Source: Rhodoferax sp. (GTDB lineage Bacteria > Pseudomonadota > Gammaproteobacteria > Burkholderiales > Burkholderiaceae_C). From it: a stretch of 60,035 nt of DNA. How positions within the stretch are numbered: the stretch's first letter is position 1; each line of letters opens with the position of its first letter. Under the pieces are notes generated by a model. It saw only the letters and a list, made by a program, of their open reading frames with translations, was not told where the DNA came from and made no database searches. The stretch lies in contig JAVHPS010000466.1 in NCBI GenBank assembly GCA_036170715.1, positions 1 through 60,035 of the forward strand. The letters run 5' to 3'. A program made the translations under genes and the position numbers. Below, in pieces: positions 19,292 through 29,430 of this stretch.

Positions 19292-20230
19292 CTAAATATC
19301 GGCCAGCAGCGGGTAAGGTGCAGCCGACAAAGCCAGCAACGGGCCATCCACCTGGCCCAGGTGCACCGCACCGGCCTCAAACGCACTGATCTGCATCGAC
19401 ACAATCGCATCACAGCCGCCGCCCGGCGCGGCGGCAGCCTGCACCACCAGGCCACAGGGCTGGCTGGCATCGTCAGGTGCAAACAGTGCCTGTCCGGCTT
19501 GCATGGCAACCAAACCATGCGCCAGGTAGGCGCGGCGTTTGAGCGTGCCACGGAACTGGCTGCGCGCCACCACTTCTTGGCCCGGGTAGCAGCCTTTTTT
19601 GAAATTGACCCCGCCGACCGACTCGTAGTTGAGCATCTGTGGCACCAGGGCCTCAAAAATGGCCTGGCTCACGGTGGCAATGCCACTGCGCACCTCGCCC
19701 CAGGCCCAAAGTGCCTCGCTCAAAGGCGCGCCCGCAGGTGCAGCCGCATCCGCTGGGCACACATACAGGGCACGCGACACCCCTTCAGCGGGGTAGAGGG
19801 TGATCAAAGACGCAGCGTCAAAATCAGCCTTAGCCCATATAGAACCTAGGTTTGCTGCTGTATTTTTTGTAGCATCTTGTGCCGCCTGCCCAGCCAGCCC
19901 GTAGAGGCAGAAGTCGGCACTGGCATCGCTGAGCTTGACCTTGGCGCGCAGCACAAACATGCTCAAACGCTTCAGGGTCGCGGCCAGCAGATCGGCGCTG
20001 CAGATCAGCATGATGTCAGTCGGGCTGCGCTTGAAGCCGATGAAACTGGCCTGCAAGCGCCCTTTGGCATTGCAAAAACCGGCCAGACGCGCCTCTGATA
20101 AGCCCAATAATGAAAAATCGTTGGTCAATTGACCATGCAAGAATTTGGCGGCATCTTCGCCTTGGGCCCGGATCAGGCCACAGCGTGTCAGGCGGGCCAC
20201 GCCCTGGAAGAGTTCAAGAGGTGAGTTCAT
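19292..20230 (-). CDS. ygfZ: Folate-binding Fe-S/tRNA-modification protein YgfZ
   Basis: KFLHGQLTND and the FKKGCYPGQEVVAR signature; divergent from mltG. Confidence 0.93.
   Translation of the reverse strand: MNSPLELFQGVARLTRCGLIRAQGEDAAKFLHGQLTNDFSLLGLSEARLAGFCNAKGRLQASFIGFKRSPTDIMLICSADLLAATLKRLSMFVLRAKVKLSDASADFCLYGLAGQAAQDATKNTAANLGSIWAKADFDAASLITLYPAEGVSRALYVCPADAAAPAGAPLSEALWAWGEVRSGIATVSQAIFEALVPQMLNYESVGGVNFKKGCYPGQEVVARSQFRGTLKRRAYLAHGLVAMQAGQALFAPDDASQPCGLVVQAAAAPGGGCDAIVSMQISAFEAGAVHLGQVDGPLLALSAAPYPLLADI
19819..19873 (-). repeat. Fixed-geometry dispersed element, copy 4 (in frame in ygfZ)
   Basis: Minus strand: GCTACAAAAAATACAGC-20 nt-GGGCTA-AGGCTGATTTTG. Confidence 0.85.
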
Positions 20231-20276
20231 GGCTGAATTATCATGTGCAGTCCTCTTTTGATAAGGCAGCAGGGTT

Positions 20277-21260
20277 GTGCGTAGATGGTTGATTGGCATC
20301 GTGGTGTTGGCGCTGGCCTTGGGTGGCTGGGCCGCGTGGTGGCTGAACCGGCCCCTGCGCCTGACCGGCCCCACCCTGGACTTGGTGGTGGAGCCCGGCA
20401 CGCCACCGCGCGGCGTGGCCCAGGACGCGGTTGACAGCGGGGTGCAAACTGCGCCCGAGCTGCTTTATGCATGGTTTCGTGTCTCTGGCCAAGCGCGGCA
20501 AATCAAAGCTGGCAATTACGAGCTGCAAGCTGGTGTTACCCCACGCAGCCTGTTGGCCAAACTGACCCGGGGCGAGGAAGCGTTGCGGTCTGTCACCCTG
20601 GTGGAGGGGTGGAGCTTCAAGCAAGTCAGCTTGGCGCTTTCAAAAGCAGAGCACCTTACCCATGATACACAAGGGCTAGAGGCCAATTTGATTATGCAAA
20701 AGCTGGGCCTGCCCACGCGCCACCCCGAGGGCCGCTTTTACCCCGACACCTACACCTATGCCAAAGGCAGCAGTGACCTGCACCTGCTGCAGCGCGCGCA
20801 GCGTGCCATGGCGCAGCATTTGGAACAAGCCTGGAGCCAGCGTGCGGCCAACTCGCCGTTGAAGTCGCCAGACGAGTTGCTGACCCTGGCCAGCATCGTT
20901 GAAAAAGAAACCGGCCGCGCCGAAGACCGCCCGCTGGTGGCGGCGGTGTTCAACAACCGGCTCAGGTTAGGCATGTTGTTGCAAACGGACCCCACGGTGA
21001 TCTACGGCTTGGGCGACAAATTTGACGGCAACCTGCGCCGGCGCGATTTGCTCACCGACACACCGTGGAACACCTACACCCGCGCTGGCTTGCCCGCCAC
21101 GCCGATCGCCATGCCGGGCAAGGCCTCGCTGTGGGCGGCGGCGCGCCCGGCGCAGAGTCGCGCCCTGTATTTTGTGGCGCGCGGTGACGGCAGCAGCCAG
21201 TTCAGCGACACCCTGGACGCGCACAATCGGGCGGTCAACAAATACCAACGCGGCCAGTAA
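20277..21260 (+). CDS. mltG: Endolytic transglycosylase MltG (YceG)
   Basis: N-terminal TM; EGRFYPDTY, ASIVEKET, LQTDPTVIYG and WNTYTRAGLP. Confidence 0.95.
   Translation: MRRWLIGIVVLALALGGWAAWWLNRPLRLTGPTLDLVVEPGTPPRGVAQDAVDSGVQTAPELLYAWFRVSGQARQIKAGNYELQAGVTPRSLLAKLTRGEEALRSVTLVEGWSFKQVSLALSKAEHLTHDTQGLEANLIMQKLGLPTRHPEGRFYPDTYTYAKGSSDLHLLQRAQRAMAQHLEQAWSQRAANSPLKSPDELLTLASIVEKETGRAEDRPLVAAVFNNRLRLGMLLQTDPTVIYGLGDKFDGNLRRRDLLTDTPWNTYTRAGLPATPIAMPGKASLWAAARPAQSRALYFVARGDGSSQFSDTLDAHNRAVNKYQRGQ
20636..20690 (+). repeat. Fixed-geometry dispersed element, copy 5 (in frame in mltG)
   Basis: GCTTTCAAAAGCAGAGC-20 nt-GGGCTA-GAGGCCAATTTG. Confidence 0.85.
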
Positions 21261-21263
21261 GCC

Positions 21264-21926
21264 ATGACAACACCCGGACTTTTTATCTCCTTTGAAGGCA
21301 TTGATGGTGCTGGCAAATCGACCCACATCGAAGCGCTGGCGCAGGTTTTTCGGGCCCAGGGTCGACGGGTTGCCCTGACCCGTGAACCCGGTGGTACGCC
21401 GCTGGCCGAGCAACTGCGCAGCCTGGTGTTGAACGCCCCCATGGATGCCATGACCGAAGCGTTACTGGTGTTTGCCGCGCGGCGTGACCACCTGCAGCAG
21501 GTGATTGAGCCGGCGCTGGCCAGAGGCGATGTGGTGCTGTGTGACCGTTTCACCGATGCCACTTTTGCCTACCAGGGCGGCGGGCGTGGATTTGACCTGA
21601 AGATACTATCTTTTTTGGAGCACATGGTGCAATCAACGCAAGGGCTAGAAGGTGATTTTCTTCGTCAACCTGATGTCACCCTCTGGTTTGACTTGGCCCC
21701 CGGCGTGGCGGCACAACGCCTGACGGGTGCGCGCGTGCCCGACAAGTTTGAGTCCCAGCCGGTGGAATTTTTTGCCCGTGTACGTGCCGGTTACCAGATG
21801 CGGTTGGCAGCCCAGCCGGCGCGCTTTGCCCGCATTGAAGCCGACCAGAGCCGCGACGCGGTGTGGCACGCGGTGCTGGCCACGCTACAGCAACGCGGCG
21901 TGTTGCAAGCCGGGGTGGTGGCATGA
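21264..21926 (+). CDS. tmk: Thymidylate kinase
   Basis: [12 protein letters not shown]-loop, REPGGT and [16 protein letters not shown]. Confidence 0.97.
   Translation: MTTPGLFISFEGIDGAGKSTHIEALAQVFRAQGRRVALTREPGGTPLAEQLRSLVLNAPMDAMTEALLVFAARRDHLQQVIEPALARGDVVLCDRFTDATFAYQGGGRGFDLKILSFLEHMVQSTQGLEGDFLRQPDVTLWFDLAPGVAAQRLTGARVPDKFESQPVEFFARVRAGYQMRLAAQPARFARIEADQSRDAVWHAVLATLQQRGVLQAGVVA
21605..21659 (+). repeat. Fixed-geometry dispersed element, copy 6 (in frame in tmk)
   Basis: ACTATCTTTTTTGGAGC-20 nt-GGGCTA-GAAGGTGATTTT. Confidence 0.82.
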
Positions 21927-22927
21927 ACCAAGCGGCCAGCGCCCCCGTGACCGCGCCCTGGATTGCGGCACAAACGCAGGCGCTGTTGGCGCAGCGTGGC
22001 CACGCCTGGTTGCTGGCCGGGCCGTCCGGTCTGGGGCAATACGAACTGGCTTTGGCGCTGGTGCGGGCCTGGTTGTGTGAACGCGCCACGCCGCAGGGGG
22101 CCTGCGGCGAATGCGGCAGTTGCCACGCCTTGGCGGTGCATGCGCATGCTGACCTGTGCGTGTTGATGCCCGAGACTGTGATGCTGGAACTGGGCTGGCC
22201 GTTACCAGAAAAGGCGCAGGACGAGATTGACAGCAAAAAGCGCAAACCGAGCAAAGAAATCCGGGTCGAAGCGATGCGCGATGCCGTTGAATTTGCCCAG
22301 CGCACCAGCGCCCGGGGTCGGGGTAAGGCAGTGCTGGTGTTCCCGGCCGAGCGCATGAACGTGTACACCGCCAATGCCCTGCTGAAAACCCTGGAAGAGC
22401 CTGCGGGTGACGTGAAGTTTGTACTGGCCACCGATGCCGCGCACCAGTTGCTGCCCACCATTCGCAGCCGTTGCCTGGGGCACACCATGGTCTGGCCGGA
22501 TCAACCCAGTGCCATGCGCTGGCTGCAGGCGCAGGGCGTGCCTGAGCCACAAGCGCTGGTGATGCTGCGCGCGGCCGGTGGGCGGCCGCAAGACGCGTTG
22601 CAATTGGCTCCCGTCAGCGCCCTGTGGCCGCGTTTGCCGCGTGCGGTGCAAAGCGGCGATGTCAGCGTTTTCAAAGACTGGACACCAGCGCAGACGATCG
22701 ATGCCCTGCACAAGCTGTGCCACGACCTGCTGGCGCAGCACAGCGGCGCTGCACCGCGTTTTTTTGCCACGGCTGACTTGCCCAAAGCGGGGACTTGGCA
22801 GAGCTTGACGGCCTGGTCCAAAGCCCTGGCGCAGGCCATGAAAACGGCTGAGCACCCGTTCAATGCCGGGTTGATGCAGGAAGCCCTGGTGAGCCAGGCG
22901 CAATTGGCTCTAAACTCGAAAGCATGA
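21923..22927 (+). CDS. holB: DNA polymerase III subunit delta'
   Basis: HAWLLAG, zinc motif [19 protein letters not shown] and LLPTIRSRC. Confidence 0.95.
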   Translation: MNQAASAPVTAPWIAAQTQALLAQRGHAWLLAGPSGLGQYELALALVRAWLCERATPQGACGECGSCHALAVHAHADLCVLMPETVMLELGWPLPEKAQDEIDSKKRKPSKEIRVEAMRDAVEFAQRTSARGRGKAVLVFPAERMNVYTANALLKTLEEPAGDVKFVLATDAAHQLLPTIRSRCLGHTMVWPDQPSAMRWLQAQGVPEPQALVMLRAAGGRPQDALQLAPVSALWPRLPRAVQSGDVSVFKDWTPAQTIDALHKLCHDLLAQHSGAAPRFFATADLPKAGTWQSLTAWSKALAQAMKTAEHPFNAGLMQEALVSQAQLALNSKA

Positions 22928-23316
22928 CAGACTCGTCCCTCAGCCCCGTCGAAAAACATGCCAATCGCTCAGGCGCACCGCGCCCGAGCGTGATTCAGCT
23001 GGCGATCAAGGAAAAATCAGCGCTGTATGCGGCCTATATTCCTGTGTTTGGCAGCGGCGGCATGTTCATCCCAACGCAGCGTGATTACCGCTTGGGGGAT
23101 GCAATTTACGTGCTGATTTCGCTGCCAGACGACCCGCAACGCTACCCGGTGGCCGGCAAAGTGGCCTGGGTCACGCCCCCCAAAGCCAACCAAAACCGTA
23201 CCCAGGGGGTTGGGGTGGTGTTTCCAGACGACGAAAAATCCCGCGCCTTGAAACTCAAAATTGAAGAAATTCTGGGTGCGCATTTGTCGTCCGAGCGAGT
23301 CACGCAAACCATTTAA
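22924..23316 (+). CDS. pilZ: PilZ domain protein (type IV pilus PilZ)
   Basis: IKEKSALYAAYIP, GGMFIPT and GKVAWVTP; holB-pilZ-tatD order. Confidence 0.88.
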   Translation: MTDSSLSPVEKHANRSGAPRPSVIQLAIKEKSALYAAYIPVFGSGGMFIPTQRDYRLGDAIYVLISLPDDPQRYPVAGKVAWVTPPKANQNRTQGVGVVFPDDEKSRALKLKIEEILGAHLSSERVTQTI

Positions 23317-23355
23317 AACCCGCGCCAACCGGCACGGTGTGCCCATTGCTGCAAC

Positions 23356-24150
23356 ATGTTCACCGATTCCCACTGCCATTTGAATGCCCCCGAACTCCTG
23401 GCCGACTTGCCCGCCATTCGGCAGGCCATGGCGCAGGCCAACGTGAGCCGTGCGCTGTGCATCAGTACCACGCTGGAAGAATTTGACAGGGTGCACCGGC
23501 TGGCACTTGACTTTGACAATTTCTGGGCCACCGTGGGTGTACACCCCGACACCGAGGGCGTGCGTGAGCCCGACGTGGCTGAGCTGGTGCGGCTGGGGTC
23601 GCTGCCACGGGTGGTGGGCGTGGGTGAAACCGGGCTGGACTACTACCGTCTCAACGGCCGCAGTGTGGCCGACATGGGCTGGCAACGGGCGCGCTTTCGC
23701 ACCCACATCCGGGCCGCCCGGCAACTGGGCAAGCCGCTGGTGATCCACACCCGGCAGGCGGCGCAAGACACGCTGGACATTTTGCGGGACGAAGGTGAAG
23801 ACGGTAGCCTTGGCAGTGCGGGTGGCGTGTTTCACTGCTTCAGCGAAGACGCGGCGGTGGCACAGCAAGCGCTTGAGCTTGGCTTTTACATTTCGTTTTC
23901 GGGCATTTTGACTTTCAAGAGTGCGCAAAGCTTGCGTGACGTGGCGGCTTTGGTACCGCTGGAGCGGTTGCTGATCGAAACCGACAGTCCCTACCTGGCT
24001 CCGGTGCCGCACCGTGGCAAAACCAACAACCCTTCGTATGTGCCGCTGGTGGCAGCGCAGCTGGCAGACATCAAACAGATACCCGTGGCAGAGATAGCCC
24101 GCGCCACCAACGCCAACTTTGACCGTTTGTTCAGTGGCGTGCGTGCCTGA
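23356..24150 (+). CDS. TatD family hydrolase/DNase (YcfH-like)
   Basis: DSHCHL, GVHP, GETGLDY, HCF and ETDSPYLAP. Confidence 0.95.
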   Translation: MFTDSHCHLNAPELLADLPAIRQAMAQANVSRALCISTTLEEFDRVHRLALDFDNFWATVGVHPDTEGVREPDVAELVRLGSLPRVVGVGETGLDYYRLNGRSVADMGWQRARFRTHIRAARQLGKPLVIHTRQAAQDTLDILRDEGEDGSLGSAGGVFHCFSEDAAVAQQALELGFYISFSGILTFKSAQSLRDVAALVPLERLLIETDSPYLAPVPHRGKTNNPSYVPLVAAQLADIKQIPVAEIARATNANFDRLFSGVRA

Positions 24151-24161
24151 GCCGTTGGGTG

Positions 24162-24860
24162 ATGCCCTTATTACACCTTCGCTACGTCTTTGCCATGTCC
24201 CCCGTTCAGTGCATCAAAAAATTGTGTTGGGCTGCAGCCTTGCTGGCCGCCACGCTCGCCCAGGCGGGCTCTTTTGATGATTTCTTTGCGGCCGTCACGC
24301 AGGACGATGAGACCAAAGTGGTGACCCTGCTGCTGCGTGGGTTTGATGCCAACACGGTTGATGCGCAAGGCAACTCGGGCCTGTTGTTGGCCACCAAGTT
24401 GTCATCGGTCAAGGTGGCCACGGTGCTGCTCACCTTGTCCAATGCCAAAGCCGAGGCGCGCAACGCGGCAGATGAAAGCCCGTTGATGCTGGCGGCACTC
24501 AAAGGGGAACTCAAGCTGTGCACGTTGCTGATCAAAAAAGGAGCCGATGTCAACAAAACCGGCTGGGCTCCGTTGCACTATGCCGCCACCAATGGCCATG
24601 TCGAGGTGATGGCGTTGCTGCTGGAAGAGAATGCCTACATAGATGCCGCCTCGCCCAACGGCACGACGCCGCTGATGATGGCCGCGCACTACGGCACCGA
24701 GTCGGCCGTCAAGTTGCTGCTGGAGGCCGGGGCTGATCCGCTGCTCAAAAACGATCAGGGTTTGAGCGCCTTTGACTTTGCCAACCGGGCCAGCCGAACG
24801 GCTTCTGCGGCGATTATTTCGGCGTTTGTGCGCTCGCGTCAGCCCAAAGGCACTTGGTAA
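24162..24860 (+). CDS. Ankyrin-repeat protein with signal peptide
   Basis: Repeated PLMLAA / PLHYAA / TPLMMAA...LLEAGAD units. Start uncertain (24162 or 24195). Confidence 0.88.
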   Translation: MPLLHLRYVFAMSPVQCIKKLCWAAALLAATLAQAGSFDDFFAAVTQDDETKVVTLLLRGFDANTVDAQGNSGLLLATKLSSVKVATVLLTLSNAKAEARNAADESPLMLAALKGELKLCTLLIKKGADVNKTGWAPLHYAATNGHVEVMALLLEENAYIDAASPNGTTPLMMAAHYGTESAVKLLLEAGADPLLKNDQGLSAFDFANRASRTASAAIISAFVRSRQPKGTW

Positions 24861-24876
24861 CCCGTTTGCTTTTGTC

Positions 24877-26349
24877 TCAAGGTTGTGTGCGTTGCAGCTC
24901 TTCTTGCAGCGCCTGGGCCAGCTGCGGACCAAAGCGTTCAATTTCAGCCAGCGGCGCATAGCCATAGCCAATCACCAGCCCTTTCAGGTCACGGCGGCTG
25001 AGGCAGTAGTTTGAGAGTGGGCGCACCACCAGACCCTGTTGGCGTAGCCGTTGCGCCAGCGCCCGGTCGTCCAGGGTGTTGGGCAGGCGTAAGCACAGGT
25101 GCAGGCCCTGTTCGGCTCCGGTGATGCGTGCGTGCACCCCCAGACACGGCTGCAATGCTGCCAATAGGCATTGGCGGCGTTGGCTGTAACTTTGTCGAGC
25201 GCGGCGCAGGGCGCTGGCAAAGTGGCCCATGTCAATGAACTCGGCCAAGGCTGCCTGCACCGGCATTTGGCCCGGGCGGTTCAGGTCGTAATGGGCGCGC
25301 TTGAAGGCCGCCGCCAGGTTTTTGGGTACCACCATGTAGCCCAGCTTCAGGCCAGGGTAAAGCACTTTCGAAAACGACCCCAGGTAAATCACCTGGCCTT
25401 GCGTATCCAATCCAGCCAGGGATGAGATTGGTGGACCGCTGAAACGGAACTCGCTGTCGTAATCGTCTTCCAGCACCCAGGCCTGGTGGCGGCGCGCCAG
25501 CGTCAGCAACTGCTGGCGGCGCTCCAGTGACATCACGGCTCCGGTAGGGTACTGGTGTGACGGGGTGACGTAAATCAGCTTCGGGGGCGCAGTTTGGTCT
25601 GCGTCTTGCGGCGCAATGCCCTGGCTGTCCACCGCAATGCCGTGCAGGCGCAGGCCGGTGGCCATGAACGCTTTGACGGCACCCCAGTAGGCCGGATCTT
25701 CGAGCCAGACCGTGTCTTGCGGGTCGGCCAACAGTTGTGCGCACAGGCTCAGGGATTCTTGTGTGCCGCTAGTGACCACGACCTGGTCAATGTCCACCGG
25801 CACGCTGCGAAACACGCGCAGGTAGTCGGTGATGGCGCGGCGCAGAGGGCCGTAGCCACCGGCACTGCAGTAGTCCAGCATGTCGGGGTAGGTCATGCGC
25901 CAGTGCTTGTTTTGCAAGCGCTGCCACAGCGCCAGCGGAAAGGCGCTGAAGTCGGCAATACCGGGGGTAAAGGGCTGCACCTCGAGGTCGGCGGCACAAA
26001 ACGTGTCGCTCAGTGCCTGGCCGCGCTGTGACAATTTTTCTGGTGCGGGGCAGGTGCGCAAGCCTTGTTTTTTGCTGGCTTGGGGCAGATTCTGGTTGAC
26101 GTATGTACCGCTGCCGACCCGGCTGTCCAGATAGCCTTCAACCGACAACTGGTTCAGCGCCGCCACCACGGTGTTGCGCGACATGGCCAGGTCATGCATC
26201 AGGTCACGGCTGGACGGCAGGCGCTGGCCAGCCTGCAGTTTGCCGTTGAGAATGGTGTGGCGCAGGGCTTCGTAGAGCTGGCGGTGCAGCGGCAGCTTGC
26301 TGCGCGCCGCGAGCTGGTTCATTTCGGTCAGCAGAAGTTCAGATAGCAT
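24877..26349 (-). CDS. MocR/GabR-type GntR regulator with PLP-dependent aminotransferase domain
   Basis: wHTH RLPSSRDL...SRNTV; YVTPSHQYPTG, EDDYDSEF and GSFSKVLYPGL; divergent from the putrescine operon. Confidence 0.93.
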   Translation of the reverse strand: MLSELLLTEMNQLAARSKLPLHRQLYEALRHTILNGKLQAGQRLPSSRDLMHDLAMSRNTVVAALNQLSVEGYLDSRVGSGTYVNQNLPQASKKQGLRTCPAPEKLSQRGQALSDTFCAADLEVQPFTPGIADFSAFPLALWQRLQNKHWRMTYPDMLDYCSAGGYGPLRRAITDYLRVFRSVPVDIDQVVVTSGTQESLSLCAQLLADPQDTVWLEDPAYWGAVKAFMATGLRLHGIAVDSQGIAPQDADQTAPPKLIYVTPSHQYPTGAVMSLERRQQLLTLARRHQAWVLEDDYDSEFRFSGPPISSLAGLDTQGQVIYLGSFSKVLYPGLKLGYMVVPKNLAAAFKRAHYDLNRPGQMPVQAALAEFIDMGHFASALRRARQSYSQRRQCLLAALQPCLGVHARITGAEQGLHLCLRLPNTLDDRALAQRLRQQGLVVRPLSNYCLSRRDLKGLVIGYGYAPLAEIERFGPQLAQALQEELQRTQP

Positions 26350-26358
26350 GGTGTCAGC

Positions 26359-26411
26359 TGGTGTCTAAATGGCACCTTGTGTTTGCCGGAAGTGGCTCCG
26401 ATTGTGAACCA
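26359..26411. promoter_or_regulatory. Candidate MocR operator (TGG-containing direct repeats plus an inverted copy)
   Basis: TGGTGTC 26359, TGGCACC 26370, TGGCTCC 26393 and inverted GAACCA 26406 in the divergent intergenic region. Confidence 0.35.
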
Positions 26412-26490
26412 ATTTCACCCCCACAATGGGCCATGAGCAAACCGGGTGGGGCGACACAGCCTGATGTCCTTGTTTGATCTGGAGCACAAC

Positions 26491-27858
26491 ATGAACGATA
26501 AAAAATCGATGACTTTCAACGACCTGGAACAATGGCTCAATGAGCACCGGGTGACCGAGGTAGAGTGTCTGGTACCTGACTTGACCGGGGTGGCCCGGGG
26601 CAAAATTTTGCCGCGTGCCAAGTTCACCGAGGACCGTGGCATGCGCTTGCCGCAGGCCATTGTGGCCATGGGGGTGACCGGTGAGTTTCCTGAGAGTGGG
26701 CCGTATTACGACGTGATCGACCCCACCGACAAAGACATGCAGTTGCGCCCCGACCCGAACACGGTGCGCATTGTGCCCTGGGCCACCGACCCCACCGCGC
26801 AGGTGATTCATGACTGCTTTGACCACCAGGGCAATTTGGTACCGTTTGCACCGCGCACGGTGTTGCGCCGGGTGTGTGATTTGTATGCGGCCGAAGGTCT
26901 GCAACCGATCGTGGCCCCTGAGCTGGAGTTTTACCTGACGGCACGCAACACCGACCCCAACACGCTGCTCAAAGCCCCGATTGGTCGCAGCGGCCGCAGC
27001 GAGACCTCACGCCAGGCCTACAGCATTGATGCGGTGAATGAATTTGACCCGTTGTTTGAAGAAATTTACGATTTCTCAGACAAGATGGAACTCAACGTTG
27101 ACACCTTGATTCACGAGGTTGGTGCCGGGCAGATGGAAATCAATTTCTTTCATGCCGAACCGTTGGGGCTGGCCGATGAAGTGTTCTTTTTCAAGCGCAC
27201 GGTGCGTGAGTCTGCGTTGCGTCACGACATGTATGCCACCTTCATGGCCAAGCCGATTGCTGGCGAGCCAGGCAGTGCCATGCACGTGCACCAGAGTTTG
27301 CTGGAGGTGGCCTCGGGCAAAAATGTGTTCAGCAACCCCGACGGCACGCCGTCCGAGATGTTCATGCATTACATCGGTGGCTTGCAGCGCTACATTCCGG
27401 CGGCCATGGTGCTGGTGGCTCCGTATGTCAACAGCTACCGTCGCCTGAGCCGCAACACGGCCGCACCCATCAACATCGAGTGGGGTTACGACAACCGCAC
27501 CGTGGGGATTCGTTCGCCCATTTCAAGTCCGGCGGCGCGGCGGGTCGAAAACCGCGTCATTGGAGCCGATGCCAACCCCTATGTGGCCATGGCGATGACG
27601 CTGGCCTGTGGCTACCTGGGCATCAAAAACAAGATCAAACCCAAACCCGAAATGAAGGGCGATGCCTATTTGTCGCCCTATGCCTTGCCGCGCAGTTTGG
27701 GTGAGGCGCTGGACTGGTTGCGCCGCGAGTCCGACCTGCACGAGGTGCTGGGCAAGGAATTCATCACCGTCTATTCCGAAATCAAAGAACTGGAGTTTGA
27801 CGAATTCATGAAAGTGATATCGCCCTGGGAACGGGAACATTTGCTATTACATGTATAG
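26491..27858 (+). CDS. Glutamine synthetase-family gamma-glutamyl-polyamine synthetase (PuuA/SpuI-like)
   Basis: PDLTGVARGK, PELEFYL, HEVGAGQMEIN, FMAKP, ENRVIGADANPY and SPWERE; polyamine gene context. Confidence 0.88.
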   Translation: MNDKKSMTFNDLEQWLNEHRVTEVECLVPDLTGVARGKILPRAKFTEDRGMRLPQAIVAMGVTGEFPESGPYYDVIDPTDKDMQLRPDPNTVRIVPWATDPTAQVIHDCFDHQGNLVPFAPRTVLRRVCDLYAAEGLQPIVAPELEFYLTARNTDPNTLLKAPIGRSGRSETSRQAYSIDAVNEFDPLFEEIYDFSDKMELNVDTLIHEVGAGQMEINFFHAEPLGLADEVFFFKRTVRESALRHDMYATFMAKPIAGEPGSAMHVHQSLLEVASGKNVFSNPDGTPSEMFMHYIGGLQRYIPAAMVLVAPYVNSYRRLSRNTAAPINIEWGYDNRTVGIRSPISSPAARRVENRVIGADANPYVAMAMTLACGYLGIKNKIKPKPEMKGDAYLSPYALPRSLGEALDWLRRESDLHEVLGKEFITVYSEIKELEFDEFMKVISPWEREHLLLHV

Positions 27859-27897
27859 CATTATACCGATAATATAAAAGGGCTATAGCTCTATTTA
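27843..27897 (+). repeat. Fixed-geometry dispersed element, copy 7 (contains the GS stop codon)
   Basis: GCTATTACATGTATAGC-20 nt-GGGCTA-TAGCTCTATTT. Confidence 0.88.
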
Positions 27898-27918
27898 TCT
27901 TGTAAAAGGATCAAGCTC

Positions 27919-29328
27919 ATGAACGCTGCTGTTGCTAGCCACCCGCTCACCACCCAAGCCATTCAGGCGCTCGACAGTGCCCATTTCATCCACCCGTTCA
28001 CCGACCACGCGGATCTGGCCACGCGCGGGGCGCGGGTGATCGTCAAGGCCGACGACATTTACGTCTGGGACTCAGAAGGCAAAAAAATGCTCGATGCCAT
28101 GAGCGGCCTGTGGTGCGTCAACGCCGGCTACGGGCGCAAGGAACTGGCCCAGGCAGCCTATGACCAAATGCTGACGCTGCCGTTTTACAACAGCTTCTTT
28201 CAAACCACCAACGTGCCCGCGGTCAAGCTGGCGGCCAAGCTGGCAGGGCTGGCACCCAAGGTGGACGGACGCAGTTTTGAACACGTGTTTTATTCCAGCA
28301 GTGGCTCTGAGAGCAACGACTCCAACGTGCGCATGGTGCGCCGCTACTGGGATCTGCTGGGCCAGCCGCAGCGCAAGGTCATCATCAGCCGCCACAACGC
28401 TTACCACGGCAGCACCATGGCCGGAGCCTCGTTGGGCGGCATGAGCGGCATGCACGCGCAGGGTGATTTGCCCATTCCGAACATCAAGCACATTGGGCAG
28501 CCGTACTACTTTGAAAACGGCAAGCCGGGTGAGACAGCAAATGCATTTGGGCTGCGTGCAGCTGGTTGGCTTGAAGAAGAAATTCTGGCGATCGGGGCCG
28601 ACAAAGTGGCCGCGTTCATTGCCGAGCCGATCCAGGGCGCAGGCGGTGTCATCATTCCACCGGCCACCTACTGGCCAGAGATTCAGCGCATTGTGGACAA
28701 ATACGGCATTTTGCTCATCAGCGACGAGGTGATTTGCGCCTTTGGCCGCCTGGGGCACTGGTTTGCTTATGAAAAATTTGGCTACAAACCCGATCTGGTG
28801 ACTTTTGCCAAGGCCGTCACCAGTGGCTACATCCCGCTGGGCGGTGTGCTGGTGGGCGACCGCGTGGCCAAGGTGTTGATTGACAAGGGCGGCGAGTTCA
28901 ACCACGGCTACACCTACAGTGGTCACCCGGTGGCGTGCGCTGTGGCGCTGGCCAACCTGGAGATCATGGAGCGTGAACAGCTGCCGCAGCGCGTGCATGA
29001 CGACATTGGCCCCTATCTGGCCAAAGGCTTCGAGAAAATCGCCCAGCATCCCCTGGTGGGCATCGCCGAAACCTGCGGCTTTACCGCCGGTTTGGTGTTG
29101 GTCAAAAACAAGGCCACGCAAGAACGGTTTGCCGAGCATCTGGGTGTGGGCATGGTGTGCCGGGGCCATTGTTTTGGCAACGGTCTGATCATGCGCGCCG
29201 TGGGAGACCGCATGATCATTGCGCCGCCTTTGACCATGACACATGCCCAAATTGACGAAATGCTGGCGCTAATCGGGCATTGTCTGGACTTGACGCAGCA
29301 GGATTTGCACCAAAAAGGTTTGTTTTGA
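27919..29328 (+). CDS. Class III aminotransferase (putrescine-pyruvate transaminase, SpuC-like)
   Basis: DAMSGLWCVNAGYGR, AYHGST, AEPIQGAGG, DEVICAFGR and HGYTYSGHP. Confidence 0.9.
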   Translation: MNAAVASHPLTTQAIQALDSAHFIHPFTDHADLATRGARVIVKADDIYVWDSEGKKMLDAMSGLWCVNAGYGRKELAQAAYDQMLTLPFYNSFFQTTNVPAVKLAAKLAGLAPKVDGRSFEHVFYSSSGSESNDSNVRMVRRYWDLLGQPQRKVIISRHNAYHGSTMAGASLGGMSGMHAQGDLPIPNIKHIGQPYYFENGKPGETANAFGLRAAGWLEEEILAIGADKVAAFIAEPIQGAGGVIIPPATYWPEIQRIVDKYGILLISDEVICAFGRLGHWFAYEKFGYKPDLVTFAKAVTSGYIPLGGVLVGDRVAKVLIDKGGEFNHGYTYSGHPVACAVALANLEIMEREQLPQRVHDDIGPYLAKGFEKIAQHPLVGIAETCGFTAGLVLVKNKATQERFAEHLGVGMVCRGHCFGNGLIMRAVGDRMIIAPPLTMTHAQIDEMLALIGHCLDLTQQDLHQKGLF

Positions 29329-29430
29329 GTGTATGTACCCATGTGGCGTAGGCGCATTTTTTGCTAATCTCTGTACTGCTAGTTTTCACACGTGTTCTTT
29401 CTAATTTGTTTTTTTAAACGGAGTGTTGTC

